Position numbers and translations under genes: made by a program. From positions 1 through 40,454 of IMG/VR virus record IMGVR_UViG_3300025529_000015: a stretch of 40,454 nt of DNA; one strand, written 5' to 3'. Numbering within the stretch: the stretch's first letter is position 1; each line of letters opens with the position of its first letter. This document shows positions 25,629-35,817 of the stretch, piece after piece. A model generated the notes under the pieces. That model worked only from the letters and a program-made list of their open reading frames with translations. It was not told the DNA's origin and made no database searches. Source of the stretch: a virus. Its lineage: Duplodnaviria > Caudoviricetes.

Positions 25629-27079
25629 TGGCCTATCAACACGGTATTCAAATGATTGAGCAGCAGACACCAGCCGAACCGTCTCGGTCTCTGTCTGCTG
25701 TTCAAGTTGTGTTTGGGACAGCACCAGTTAATCTAATCGAGAATCCCAAATCAGCTGTAAACGTGCCAATTCTAGTGGAAACATTAGAAGACGTGAAAGA
25801 AAAGATTGGATATGGCTACGATTTCGATGATTACACACTCAATCAATCGGTTTATGCGAGCTTTGAATTGTTCAACGTAGCCCCGATTGTGCTGGTTAAT
25901 GTTCTGGATCCAGATGTTCATAAAACAACGGTATCGAATAAGACAGTTACGATCTCAAAAAAGATGGCAACGATCGATGACGATGGAGTTCTACTTGATT
26001 CAGTGACGGTTAAGAACTCTGACGGAACGACAACTTTCCAAAAAAATACGGATTACACGCTGTCGTTTGATGAAAACGGAAAAGCTGTCATTGGTGTTTT
26101 ATCAACAGGTGCTATTGGATCCGCCACGACTCTTTCTGTTACTTTCGATAAGCTTGATCCAAGTGCAGTTACAAAAGAGGACATTATCGGAGGATATGAT
26201 GCGGAAACGGGAAAATATAGCGGAATTGAGTTGATCCGTAAGGTTTTCCCGCAATTGAATGTGCTTCCGGCGCAGCTTCTTGCACCAGGATGGAGTCATT
26301 ATCCAGAGGTGGCCGCGGTTCTAGCCGCAAAATCAACCAATATAAACGGAAATTTCAGCGTTATGAATATCCTAGATATTGATAGCTCGACCGTAAAAAA
26401 ATATGAAGATGTTCAAAACTGGAAGGAAACAAATGGGTATAACAGAAAAGAAAGCATTGTTTTATGGCCAAAAGTAAAAGCCAACGAGAAAAAACTTTGG
26501 TACAGCGCTGTTTTTGCTGCGAGAGTGGCCCAAACAGACGCAGAAAACGATGATGTTCCATTTGTGTCGCCATCCAATAAATCTTTACCGATTAGCGCCA
26601 CCATATTGGCAGATGGCACAGAAGTATTCTTGGATCAACCAGATGCCAATGTCTTAAATAGCGTTGGTGTTGTTACAGCTATTAATTTCAACGGATGGAG
26701 AACATGGGGTAACAATACAGCAGCATATCCAGAAATAACAGAACCACAGAACCGTTTCATCGCTGTTCGCCGGGTCTTCCAATGGTGGGGCAATTCATTT
26801 ATCCTTGCCTTTTTCGATAAAGTAGATGATCCGACCAATAAACGATTGATTGAGAGTGTGGTAGATGCAGAAAATATACGGGCCAACGGGTTTAGTGGCC
26901 GGGGACAAATCCCAGGAGCCACCATTGAGTTCCGTGAAAGTATGAATCCGACTGATGCGATTTTGAACGGTAAAATTGTATTTATTCAAAAAATCGGGGC
27001 TTATACGCCAGCTGAAAGTATCACAAACATTCTTGAGTTCGACCCAACAATTACAGCAAAAGCGGCACTAGGAGGCTGA
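25625..27079 (+). CDS. Contractile tail sheath protein
   Basis: YQHGI, GTAPVN, SPSNK, WGNNT, RFIAVRR. Confidence 0.92.
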   Translation: MMAYQHGIQMIEQQTPAEPSRSLSAVQVVFGTAPVNLIENPKSAVNVPILVETLEDVKEKIGYGYDFDDYTLNQSVYASFELFNVAPIVLVNVLDPDVHKTTVSNKTVTISKKMATIDDDGVLLDSVTVKNSDGTTTFQKNTDYTLSFDENGKAVIGVLSTGAIGSATTLSVTFDKLDPSAVTKEDIIGGYDAETGKYSGIELIRKVFPQLNVLPAQLLAPGWSHYPEVAAVLAAKSTNINGNFSVMNILDIDSSTVKKYEDVQNWKETNGYNRKESIVLWPKVKANEKKLWYSAVFAARVAQTDAENDDVPFVSPSNKSLPISATILADGTEVFLDQPDANVLNSVGVVTAINFNGWRTWGNNTAAYPEITEPQNRFIAVRRVFQWWGNSFILAFFDKVDDPTNKRLIESVVDAENIRANGFSGRGQIPGATIEFRESMNPTDAILNGKIVFIQKIGAYTPAESITNILEFDPTITAKAALGG

Positions 27080-27085
27080 TAATTT

Positions 27086-27598
27086 ATGATTATTCCGGAA
27101 AAGGTCGCGAATTATAACGTATATGATGACACCGAAAAGCTGCTGGGGGTAACAGGAGAAGTAAAACTCCCCAATCTTGAACCGACATCTGAAAAGATCT
27201 CGGGTGCTGGGATTCTAGGTGAATACGAAAGTGTGAATCCCGGTCACTTCGGCAGTATGACGATCGAAATAAAGTTTAAGACGCTGTATGATCAATCTTT
27301 TTCGCTTTTGAATAACAGTGGTAGACCGATTGTTCTTCGTGCTGCACAACAGAGTTACGATACTACGGCGGGACAAATCCAGTTTCGCCCACTGAAAATC
27401 ACTATAAAAGGCCAACCGAAAGGGTTAGATCTCGGTAGTTTAAACGTTGGAGCGGCTACGGAGAGCACCAATACGTTAGAAGTTTTATACATCAAAATCG
27501 AGGAAAACGGAACTACATTGTTGGAACTGGATAAGCTCAACTATAAATACATCTTGAATGGTCAGGACATGTTGAAAGATTTCATTAACATGATTTAA
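27086..27598 (+). CDS. Tail tube protein (P2 FII-like)
   Basis: IPEKVANYNVY, GAGILGE, ELDKLN; follows sheath. Confidence 0.9.
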   Translation: MIIPEKVANYNVYDDTEKLLGVTGEVKLPNLEPTSEKISGAGILGEYESVNPGHFGSMTIEIKFKTLYDQSFSLLNNSGRPIVLRAAQQSYDTTAGQIQFRPLKITIKGQPKGLDLGSLNVGAATESTNTLEVLYIKIEENGTTLLELDKLNYKYILNGQDMLKDFINMI

Positions 27599-27609
27599 AG
27601 GAGAGATGA

Positions 27610-27987
27610 ATGATGGAAGAACAAATTCAAACTTTAAACGAAGTACAAGCTAATGAATCTAGTGAACAATTAGCCATTAATACTCAAACTTCGGCAGAAA
27701 ATAAAGAAGGAGTAGTAGAATTCAAAAAAACATACACCTTTGAAGGGAAAGAATACACAAGCATCGATCTTTCTGGAATCGATGACTTGAGTGGAAATGA
27801 TTTACTGGAAGCAGATAAGATTTATAGCGCAAGCGGACAATTTTCACCCGTGCCAGAATTAACGCTGGCTTATACATTTGCGATTGCTTCAAGGGCAACC
27901 AAATTGCCACTTGAATTCTTTTATAATCTCCCGGCGCGTGAAGCACTGAAAGTAAAAAATGAGGTAGTGCGTTTTTTAAACGTTTAG
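27610..27987 (+). CDS. Tail assembly chaperone (gpE-like)
   Basis: Between tube and tape measure; slippery T TTT TTA at 27972-27978. Confidence 0.8.
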   Translation: MMEEQIQTLNEVQANESSEQLAINTQTSAENKEGVVEFKKTYTFEGKEYTSIDLSGIDDLSGNDLLEADKIYSASGQFSPVPELTLAYTFAIASRATKLPLEFFYNLPAREALKVKNEVVRFLNV

Positions 27988-28184
27988 GAGTCGTAGAAAA
28001 AACAAATCAAATAATGGAAATCAAGTTGAAAGGGCGGGACATACGAAAAGTATGTATCCGCCTTTCTTTTTATCTAAATACGGATGTTCATCAGTTTTTA
28101 GACATGCCGTTGATCGATTTAAGCGAATTCATTGACGACGTGCAAGAGGTGACAAAAAATGAGCAGCAACCAAAAAACCTATGA
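27972..28184 (+). CDS. -1 frameshift extension of tail chaperone (E+E'-like)
   Basis: -1 frame open from the slippery site to TGA 28182-28184, ...IRKVCIRLSFYLNTDVHQFLDMPLIDL... Confidence 0.7.
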   Translation, partial: FFKRLGVVEKTNQIMEIKLKGRDIRKVCIRLSFYLNTDVHQFLDMPLIDLSEFIDDVQEVTKNEQQPKNL

Positions 28185-31100
28185 AATAGCCTTTCGCTTA
28201 AGCGCCTTCGTTAACTCCTCTGTCAGGGCAGCTTTTGCTAAAGCTAACCAAGAAATCGAGAAGTTTAAGCGAACAGCGGAACAGGCAGGAAAAGCATCTG
28301 TGAAAATGTCACTTGTCGCCAATGGATTCGCTGCCATAACGGCTGCGGCTGCTCCAGCAACGGCAGCTGTGATGGGGTTAGGAGCTTCTTTTGCTGCAGC
28401 AGGAGCGGGAGCGACTGCGTATGGCGTCGTTGCGAGCTCTGCAATCTCAAAAGTAGTTGAAGCTTCGGATCAAGTCTCGAAAATCCAAGAAAAGATAGAT
28501 CAGGCTGATACAGCTAAAGAAAGAATTGCCGCACAGAAGGAATTGGCAGCCGTTTACGCGGACATGAGCGCTGAACAAAGAAAAGCTCTGCAAAATTTGC
28601 AGAGCTTTAAAACATTTTGGGATAACTATACTCAAAGTTTTGAAAAACCCATATTTCAAGCGTTCGGGAATTCTCTACAAATCGCCCAAAACGGTTTAAA
28701 TCTTCTAAAACCCACCATTACAAACGTGGCGGATGTAGTAGTGGAATTGACGGAGAAATTCAACCAAGCCTTACAAGGACCAGCTTTGAAAGGCTTTTTT
28801 GATTGGTTATCTACCAATGCTTCTGAAGCTATTTATAATTTTGCGGTTATTTCGGGTAACTCATTTATGGGTGTGATGAATTTACTGCAGGCATTTGCAC
28901 CGGTTGGCGCAGGCGTAGAAGAAGGGTTAGTCAGGATGACTCGAAGTTTCGCCGAGTGGACAGCCGGTTTAAGTCAATCTAAAGCTTTTCAAAGCTTTAT
29001 AGAATACGCCAAACAGAATGGTCCTGTTTTAGTGGGCATTATAGGGAACATTTTTTCTATTTTGAAAAACTTATTTTCTCAACTTGCTCCTGTGCTTGCT
29101 CCTATGGGCTCGGCCATTTTAAAAGCCATCAAAGGAGTGACGGGTTTTGTCGCTAACCTATTATCTGCCGAACACCCTATTTCTGGATTCGGAAATACGG
29201 TAAAAAGTGTTTTTGAAAATATAGCACCTACCATTTCATCTTTAGTGGCCAAGGCAGGCCCATTGCTTAAAAATATTGGATCAACTGCCAGACAAGCATT
29301 CGCCCAAATTTTTGCATTTTGGCAGCAAAACGGACCGGCCATCGTGTCTGCCGTATCCAATGTGTTTAAAGTAGCCGGCAGTATTGCTGGGGGCTTAATT
29401 CGTGTATTTCTGACCATTTTTACGATCATACGCCCCGTTTTATCGCAAATTGTTGCATTTATGCGTAATATAGCAGCTCAATTGATCCAATTTTGGAGCA
29501 CAGATGGAGCCCAAATCGCCCAAGCGGTTCGTAATGTTTTTAGCGTCATTGTTTCTATTTTACGGGCTATCGGACCCGTTATTTTATTGATAGCCAACAC
29601 GATTTGGACCAACGTGAGAGGAATTATCCAGGGCGGCCTAAACATCATTTTAGGCATCATCCGGATTTTCACAGGATTATTCACCGGGGATTTCCACAAA
29701 ATGTGGCAAGGAGTCAAACAATTATTTATAGGTGCCATCCAATTTATCTGGAACTTTGTCAATCTCTTGTTTGTCGGCCGTATAATCGGCGGCATAAAGG
29801 CATTAGCAACGGGTGCAATTACACGATTCAGCAGTATGTGGACAACAATAAAGTCCTTTTTTTCCGGAGGAGTAGGCAATGTATGGACTCTTGTCTTGGA
29901 TCTTGGAAGTAAGATAAGACAAGGGTTTACGATTGCCAAAAATGCAGCGGTTTCTTTAGCCAAAGAAATGTGGACCGGCGTGAAACGCCATTTCGGCGAT
30001 ATAGTTTCCGGTGCGCGCTCTCTCCCTGAAAAAATCGGTAGCGGTATTGCTTCGATGGCGGGAAAAGCCTTGTCCGGCATTACAACAATGACCAACAAAA
30101 TGCTTCGAGGCATCGGAAAAATGGTCAATGGCGTTATTAAGGGGTTGAACTGGATACTTAGAAACATCGGTGTAAGTTCAACGATCAATGAATGGAAAGT
30201 TCCTCAGTACGCGTATGGTACGTCAGGGCACCCAGGCGGATTGGCTGTGGTGGGAGATGGTAAAGGATCCAATGCAGGACCTGAGTTATATCGATTACCA
30301 AATGGTCAAGTCGGATTAACCCCGGCTACTCCAACACTCATGAATTTTCCAAAAGGCACTCAAGTGATAAATGCGAAAACCACAAGCAAAATTTTGAGTG
30401 ACTACAATATTCCGGCTTATGCTGAGGGGAACATCATAACCAATGCCTACAATGCGGGTAAAGAATGGATAGCAGACAAAGTTTCCGACGCTAAAGATAT
30501 GGCCATAGACGTGTTTAGTTACGTTACGAAACCAGCAGAATTGTTAAAAAAAGTACTTGATAAAGCAGGCGTGACTGTACCCAATCTTCCGGCCGTTTTG
30601 GGGGAAATAGCATCCGGATCCTATAAATTAATCAAAAGCAAGGCTTTGGATTTTGTGAAGAAAAAACTGGCCGATTTTGGCGATTTTAGCAATTTTAAAG
30701 GTAGCGGCGCTGAGTTAGCGCGTAAAGCGATCACGATGGCCTTGAGAATGTTAGGAAAGCCAATGTCCTTACTCGGTCCTTTGATGTCAATTGCTCAACA
30801 TGAGTCGGGTTTTAATCCTAATGCCGTTAACAACTGGGATATCAACGCTAAACGCGGTGATCCATCTGTTGGTTTATTCCAAATTATTGGGTCTACTTTC
30901 AGAAGATATATGTATCCTGGGCACGGAAACAGACGGAATCCTTTAGATTCTGCATTGGCCGCCATTCGGTATATGGATGCTCGTTACGGTGGGGTGATGA
31001 ATCATCCTGGTATTCGATCTATGATGAGAGGCGGCGGATATAAGCCGTACAAGAATGGCGGAAGGGTTGGATATGAGCAATGGGCTCTTGTTGGGGAAGA

Positions 31101-31404
31101 AGGGCCGGAACTGCTTAGACTCTCTGGCGGTACACAAGTGATTAACAACGGCAAAACAACTTCGTTGTTGTCTGGTTTGTTATCTTTCATCAGTGAAATG
31201 ATTAACGGATCAGCTCCGACAGTTTCGAAAAATAGTAACACTCCAGATCAACCACCGATTCAAATCATTTATAGTCCTAATAATTATTTTCAGGGGGAAG
31301 TTGATGAAACAGCGGTGGAAAAAGTAAATAAATTGTCATTAGACCAGTTTGAGCAGTTTATGGACGAGTATTTTAATCGAAAAAAACGGCTTGCCTACGA
31401 TTAG
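28159..31404 (+). CDS. Tape measure protein with C-terminal lytic transglycosylase domain
   Basis: 1081 aa Ala/Gly-rich helical repeats with periodic W/F; AQHESGFNP...GLFQ SLT motif. Confidence 0.93.
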   Translation: MSSNQKTYEIAFRLSAFVNSSVRAAFAKANQEIEKFKRTAEQAGKASVKMSLVANGFAAITAAAAPATAAVMGLGASFAAAGAGATAYGVVASSAISKVVEASDQVSKIQEKIDQADTAKERIAAQKELAAVYADMSAEQRKALQNLQSFKTFWDNYTQSFEKPIFQAFGNSLQIAQNGLNLLKPTITNVADVVVELTEKFNQALQGPALKGFFDWLSTNASEAIYNFAVISGNSFMGVMNLLQAFAPVGAGVEEGLVRMTRSFAEWTAGLSQSKAFQSFIEYAKQNGPVLVGIIGNIFSILKNLFSQLAPVLAPMGSAILKAIKGVTGFVANLLSAEHPISGFGNTVKSVFENIAPTISSLVAKAGPLLKNIGSTARQAFAQIFAFWQQNGPAIVSAVSNVFKVAGSIAGGLIRVFLTIFTIIRPVLSQIVAFMRNIAAQLIQFWSTDGAQIAQAVRNVFSVIVSILRAIGPVILLIANTIWTNVRGIIQGGLNIILGIIRIFTGLFTGDFHKMWQGVKQLFIGAIQFIWNFVNLLFVGRIIGGIKALATGAITRFSSMWTTIKSFFSGGVGNVWTLVLDLGSKIRQGFTIAKNAAVSLAKEMWTGVKRHFGDIVSGARSLPEKIGSGIASMAGKALSGITTMTNKMLRGIGKMVNGVIKGLNWILRNIGVSSTINEWKVPQYAYGTSGHPGGLAVVGDGKGSNAGPELYRLPNGQVGLTPATPTLMNFPKGTQVINAKTTSKILSDYNIPAYAEGNIITNAYNAGKEWIADKVSDAKDMAIDVFSYVTKPAELLKKVLDKAGVTVPNLPAVLGEIASGSYKLIKSKALDFVKKKLADFGDFSNFKGSGAELARKAITMALRMLGKPMSLLGPLMSIAQHESGFNPNAVNNWDINAKRGDPSVGLFQIIGSTFRRYMYPGHGNRRNPLDSALAAIRYMDARYGGVMNHPGIRSMMRGGGYKPYKNGGRVGYEQWALVGEEGPELLRLSGGTQVINNGKTTSLLSGLLSFISEMINGSAPTVSKNSNTPDQPPIQIIYSPNNYFQGEVDETAVEKVNKLSLDQFEQFMDEYFNRKKRLAYD

Positions 31405-31416
31405 GGAGGGGATTAC

Positions 31417-31683
31417 ATGCGTACCTATACAACAGTATTAGGCGATACGTTCGACAAAATCGCGCTGGAACAGTTGGGGAATGAGTATTTATTCCCCTTG
31501 CTCTTGCGTGCAAATCCTAAGTACCGCAACGTGATCATCTTTTCTGCTGGTGTTACTCTTGTGATTCCGGATTTACCTGAAAACCTGGTAGATCAAAATC
31601 TTCCAGACTGGCTTGAAACAACAGACGAAGAAGAGGAGACAAGCACTGATGAAATAACCGTACTCGATGGGGTGGACGCATGA
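31417..31683 (+). CDS. Tail protein X (LysM-like)
   Basis: YTTVLGDTFDKIA...ANP...AGVTLVIP. Confidence 0.85.
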   Translation: MRTYTTVLGDTFDKIALEQLGNEYLFPLLLRANPKYRNVIIFSAGVTLVIPDLPENLVDQNLPDWLETTDEEEETSTDEITVLDGVDA

Positions 31684-32708
31684 TTGTAGATGGGAGAAGG
31701 ATCACGGCGGATGTTGAGTATAACAATAACAACATCACACGGGACATCGAAGATTTTGTGGACAGTATCTCCTTTACGGATAACCTATCCGGGCAAGCAG
31801 ATGATATCTCTATTTCCTTAGCGGATCGTGAACGCCGATGGGTTACAAGCGCTTGGATTCCCAAAAAGGGCGCTTCTTTAAATGTATCCTTGCTGATATC
31901 TGCGGGATGGGGACAAGACAAGCAAACAACAAGAAGTTTGGGATATTTCGAGATTGACGAGCTTTCCACGAACGGTCCGCCTAATAAAATATCCGTAAAA
32001 GCCACGTCTATTCCACAATCATCTTCGTTAAAAGGCGAGAAAAAAACAAAGGCTTGGGAAAAGACCAATCTTAAAAAAATTGCAGGGGATATTGCGAAAA
32101 ACAACAAATTAGCCCTGTATTATTCGGCTGATGATAATCCGACATACGATAGAATTGATCAGGAATATCAGAGTGACGTTGCATTCCTGAATAAATTGTG
32201 TTCGGATGCTGGGCTAGCCTTAAAAATTGCAAACAAGAAAATCATCATTTTAGATGAAGCTGATCTTGAGAGAGAGCCTGCTGTCGAAACCATTTCAAGA
32301 ACGGATTACCGATTGAAAGAGTATTCCGGAAAAGATTCGCTAACAACCGTTTACAAATCTTGTCAAGTGAAATACACGGATGCCAAGAAGAAAAAAACGT
32401 TCACCTATACGTTTACACCAAAGGCCCCCCCACCTGGTGCAACTAGAATTTTAGAAGTGAGTGAAGAAGTTTCTTCCCAGGCGGCTGCAATTACATTGGC
32501 CAAAAAGAATTTACGGAATGCGAATAAGGAAGCAACTACTTTTTCGCTTAGAATGGCTGGATTTTTACAGCTGTATGCCGGACAATGCATCAATTTAAAA
32601 GATTTTGGTGCTTTCGACGGAAAATACATCATTACAAGTTTAAGTGGTTCTATTGGATCCGGTTCTGAAACCTCAATGGAATTGAGGAAATGCTTGGAGG
32701 GATATTAA
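31680..32708 (+). CDS. Baseplate hub / late control D-like protein
   Basis: DNLSGQADD, GYFEIDE, QEYQSDVAFL, FDGKYII. Confidence 0.85.
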   Translation: MIVDGRRITADVEYNNNNITRDIEDFVDSISFTDNLSGQADDISISLADRERRWVTSAWIPKKGASLNVSLLISAGWGQDKQTTRSLGYFEIDELSTNGPPNKISVKATSIPQSSSLKGEKKTKAWEKTNLKKIAGDIAKNNKLALYYSADDNPTYDRIDQEYQSDVAFLNKLCSDAGLALKIANKKIIILDEADLEREPAVETISRTDYRLKEYSGKDSLTTVYKSCQVKYTDAKKKKTFTYTFTPKAPPPGATRILEVSEEVSSQAAAITLAKKNLRNANKEATTFSLRMAGFLQLYAGQCINLKDFGAFDGKYIITSLSGSIGSGSETSMELRKCLEGY

Positions 32709-33173
32709 TTGAAATCCATTGATGTTGGGAGAGTGTCTGCTATCTACCCAAATAGGGGGACGGCAAAGGTATTTTTCGACGATAAAAACGTAGTATCGCG
32801 AGAACTTCCCGTTTTAATGAGAGGATCGCAGGATTCTAAAGACTATTGGATGCCGTCGATTGGGGAGCAAGTAGTTTGTTTATTCCTTCCGAATACATCG
32901 AAAATGGGGTTTATTGTGGGTTCGTTTTACAACGAAGTGGACACACCACCTGTAAATTCAGAAAATAAGCGTCATCTACAGTTTCCCGACGGAACATACA
33001 TTGAATATGACCAGGATACGCACACCCTTACGCTAGACGTACAGGGAGAAATCACGATTAAAACAAATGCAACCGTTCATGTGGTTGGGGATGTCATTGC
33101 GGATGGAATTTCGTTAAAAAACCACACACATTCGTTTAATGGATCATCCGGAACGACATCTTCTCCTCAATGA
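32709..33173 (+). CDS. Baseplate spike (gpV-like)
   Basis: WMPSIGEQVVCL, terminal SLKNHTH metal-binding motif. Confidence 0.88.
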   Translation: MKSIDVGRVSAIYPNRGTAKVFFDDKNVVSRELPVLMRGSQDSKDYWMPSIGEQVVCLFLPNTSKMGFIVGSFYNEVDTPPVNSENKRHLQFPDGTYIEYDQDTHTLTLDVQGEITIKTNATVHVVGDVIADGISLKNHTHSFNGSSGTTSSPQ

Positions 33174-33184
33174 GGTGATTGAAT

Positions 33185-33844
33185 ATGCAAATTGGAAGTT
33201 TTGCGGGTGTTGTTTTTGAGGTATCCGATAAAAAAATATTAACACCTAATGAGTATTCCAGAAGCGGTAGCGCTCGATGGACACTCCACGATATCAATTT
33301 AAAAAAACCTATACCGGAATTCATAGGACCCGGCCAGGAATCGCTGTCCGTCAAGATCGTTTTAAAAGCATCTCATGGTGTTTCTCCAGAAGACACTTTG
33401 GCCACGCTGAGGTCTTTTAGAGACGCGGGGAAAGTATCATCTTTTATTTTAGGTAGCAAACCGGTTACGTCTGGATATTGGTATATAGACGATATACAAG
33501 AAGGATATAAAACAATCGATAATCTGGGAAGAGCCTCATCAGTAGAAGTTACTTTGAGCTTGAAAGAATATCCTAAACCTGATGAGGCACGAACAAAACC
33601 GGCTTCTACTTCGAAGTCGTCACCTGTTAAATCGGCATCTCCAACAGGTGTTATTACGATAAAAGTGAACATGCTTAATTGCCGCACATCTCCTTCGCTT
33701 AAAGGGACAATCAAAAAAGTTCTTCGGAAAAACGATAGATATCGGGTTTACGGAACGGTAAAAACCGATATCACATGGTATAAACTGGGCGGCGGTTTAT
33801 ATTGTTCGGCTGGTTCAAAATACGTTTCCTTTAAAAAAGCATAA
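33185..33844 (+). CDS. P2 gpU-like tail protein fused to SH3b-like domain
   Basis: IGSFAGVVF, EFIGPG, LSLKEY then linker and LNCRTSPS...WYKLGGG. Confidence 0.8.
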   Translation: MQIGSFAGVVFEVSDKKILTPNEYSRSGSARWTLHDINLKKPIPEFIGPGQESLSVKIVLKASHGVSPEDTLATLRSFRDAGKVSSFILGSKPVTSGYWYIDDIQEGYKTIDNLGRASSVEVTLSLKEYPKPDEARTKPASTSKSSPVKSASPTGVITIKVNMLNCRTSPSLKGTIKKVLRKNDRYRVYGTVKTDITWYKLGGGLYCSAGSKYVSFKKA

Positions 33845-33862
33845 AAAGGTGGTGATGGGACC

Positions 33863-34168
33863 TTGTATGAGATTACTTCGGAATTTAACAGCTCTATCGA
33901 TTATGCTGCTACAGGAGTTAAGGCCATTTTACAAAATGCTTCTTTTCTTCTATCTACCTATATAGGCACTTGTCCGTTGGATAGAACTGCCGGGTGGGAA
34001 CCACCGATTGATGACCCGACGCCCATTGCCCAAGTAAAAAGCACTGCACAAATCATCGAAATGTTAGAACGATCCATTCCAGAATTGAAAGTTCAAAGCG
34101 TCAACTTTGAACAAAACAGTGAAGGAAAGCTTGTTGCACGAGTGAAGGTGGAGATAAACGATGACTAG
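33863..34168 (+). CDS. Baseplate wedge gpW/gp25-like protein
   Basis: ILQN..LLST..GTCPLDRTAG; synteny. Confidence 0.75.
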   Translation: MYEITSEFNSSIDYAATGVKAILQNASFLLSTYIGTCPLDRTAGWEPPIDDPTPIAQVKSTAQIIEMLERSIPELKVQSVNFEQNSEGKLVARVKVEINDD

Positions 34169-35270
34169 ATTTGGTCTTCCAGATATTAATTTTGTGGATG
34201 TGGATGCCACTGAATTTGAGAATGCAGCGGTGGCAAAATTTGAGGAACTGCAAGGAGTGACGCTGGAAGAAACCGATCCTCGCCGTAAATTTATGCAGGC
34301 GTTTGCTTTTGTTGCCACTATATTGGCGAACAACATTGATTATTCTGCAAAGCAATCGAGGCTTGCTTATGCAGAGGATAATTTCTTGGATCATTTGGGG
34401 GAGGATAAAAATGTCCCACGTTTAGAACCCACTCCGGCAAAAACAACCATTCGCTTTCAGGTGAACAACCCTGAGAAGTTTACTATTCCACAGGGAACCA
34501 GAATGAGCGTAGGGGATCTGTTTTTCGAATCAACTGCAGCAACGGTTGTAGATGTTGGAGTTCCGTATGTCGATGTTCCATTCCAATGTACAGAGACAGG
34601 AACCATCGGAAATGGATATTTGCCAGGACAAATTACTGAGTTGGTCGATCCTTTACCGTGGGTGTCATCTGCTGCCAATATCACGACATCAGATGGCGGG
34701 ACCGACTGGGAATCAAACGATGCGTATGCCGAGCGTATTAGAACATCGCCGGAAAGTTATTCGACAGCAGGACCGGAGCTGGCCTATATTTTCTACGCCA
34801 TGTCCGCCAACCAGGAAATTGTGGATGCTCAGGTCTTATCCCCAGGGCCATGTCAAATACAAATTGTCGTCTTGATGCAGAACGGTGAGCTGCCATCGGA
34901 GGAAGTGAAACAGCAAGTTTTAGATAAATGCTCAGATCGATCGGTTCGGCCTTTGACAGATAAGGTGACGGTGGTAGATCCTGTTCAACGTGAATATAAC
35001 CTAACCGTCAGTTATTACTTACCCGAATCACTGAGAACTGAGGAAGATACGTATAAAGAAGCTATTAATGCGGCGGTACAAGATTATATAACGTGGCAAA
35101 AATCCAAACTCGGACGAGGGATAGATCCAAGCGAATTGTATGCTCGGTTGAGGGAAGCAGGGGCCAAGCGCGTTTCAGTTGAGCCCAATGAATATATCGA
35201 ATTAGCAAAAAATGAAGTGGCAAAAGAAAACACAATCAATGTGACGTTTGGAGGGTTAATCAGTGATTGA
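34161..35270 (+). CDS. Baseplate J protein
   Basis: LDHLG, GTIGNG, YSTAGPELAY, VRPLTDKV. Confidence 0.92.
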   Translation: MTRFGLPDINFVDVDATEFENAAVAKFEELQGVTLEETDPRRKFMQAFAFVATILANNIDYSAKQSRLAYAEDNFLDHLGEDKNVPRLEPTPAKTTIRFQVNNPEKFTIPQGTRMSVGDLFFESTAATVVDVGVPYVDVPFQCTETGTIGNGYLPGQITELVDPLPWVSSAANITTSDGGTDWESNDAYAERIRTSPESYSTAGPELAYIFYAMSANQEIVDAQVLSPGPCQIQIVVLMQNGELPSEEVKQQVLDKCSDRSVRPLTDKVTVVDPVQREYNLTVSYYLPESLRTEEDTYKEAINAAVQDYITWQKSKLGRGIDPSELYARLREAGAKRVSVEPNEYIELAKNEVAKENTINVTFGGLISD

Positions 35271-35817
35271 TTTATCCTCTTTTTCTTTATCCGATATTTT
35301 GCCACCATCTTTGATGCAAAATGACGAAAATAAGGCCATGGCCGAAGCTCTCACGGTCATGTTGAAAAAAGTCTATGAAGAATCAAGCATACTAGACCCA
35401 ACTTTGCCCATTCAAGAGAAGCTTTTAGATATTGTTGCAAAAGAAGAACACGTCGATTTTTACGATAATTCTTTGAGTGTTGAACAAAAACGGCAGCTGA
35501 TTGAGAATTCATATTTTCTGCACCGTAAAAAAGGCACCCCTGCAGCTGTTGAACAACTCATTCAAATCGTGTTTGGCGAAGGAAAAGTGGTGGAGTGGTT
35601 CGAATACGGGGCAGAACCAGGCTATTTTAAGGTAGTAACAAGTAATCCTGCTGTGACAAATGAATTAGCACAACAGTTCATTCGCGCCCTGGATTCTGTG
35701 AAACGGAAAAGTGCCTGGTTGGATAAAGTGGAGATCACACAAGAAGACCAAATGAATTTGTATGTTGGCCACGTCTTGCATACTGGCGACAAGATAACTT
35801 TGAGGCAGGTGAAATAG
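35263..35817 (+). CDS. Baseplate / tail protein I (P2 gpI-like)
   Basis: HRKKGTPAAVE, EWFEYG..PGYF. Confidence 0.88.
   Translation: MIDLSSFSLSDILPPSLMQNDENKAMAEALTVMLKKVYEESSILDPTLPIQEKLLDIVAKEEHVDFYDNSLSVEQKRQLIENSYFLHRKKGTPAAVEQLIQIVFGEGKVVEWFEYGAEPGYFKVVTSNPAVTNELAQQFIRALDSVKRKSAWLDKVEITQEDQMNLYVGHVLHTGDKITLRQVK

Noticed and set aside
29478-30188. 236-aa antisense ORF in the tape measure gene (and other antisense ORFs across the late genes)
   Set aside because: Shadow frames of biased codon usage with no RBS or recognisable motifs
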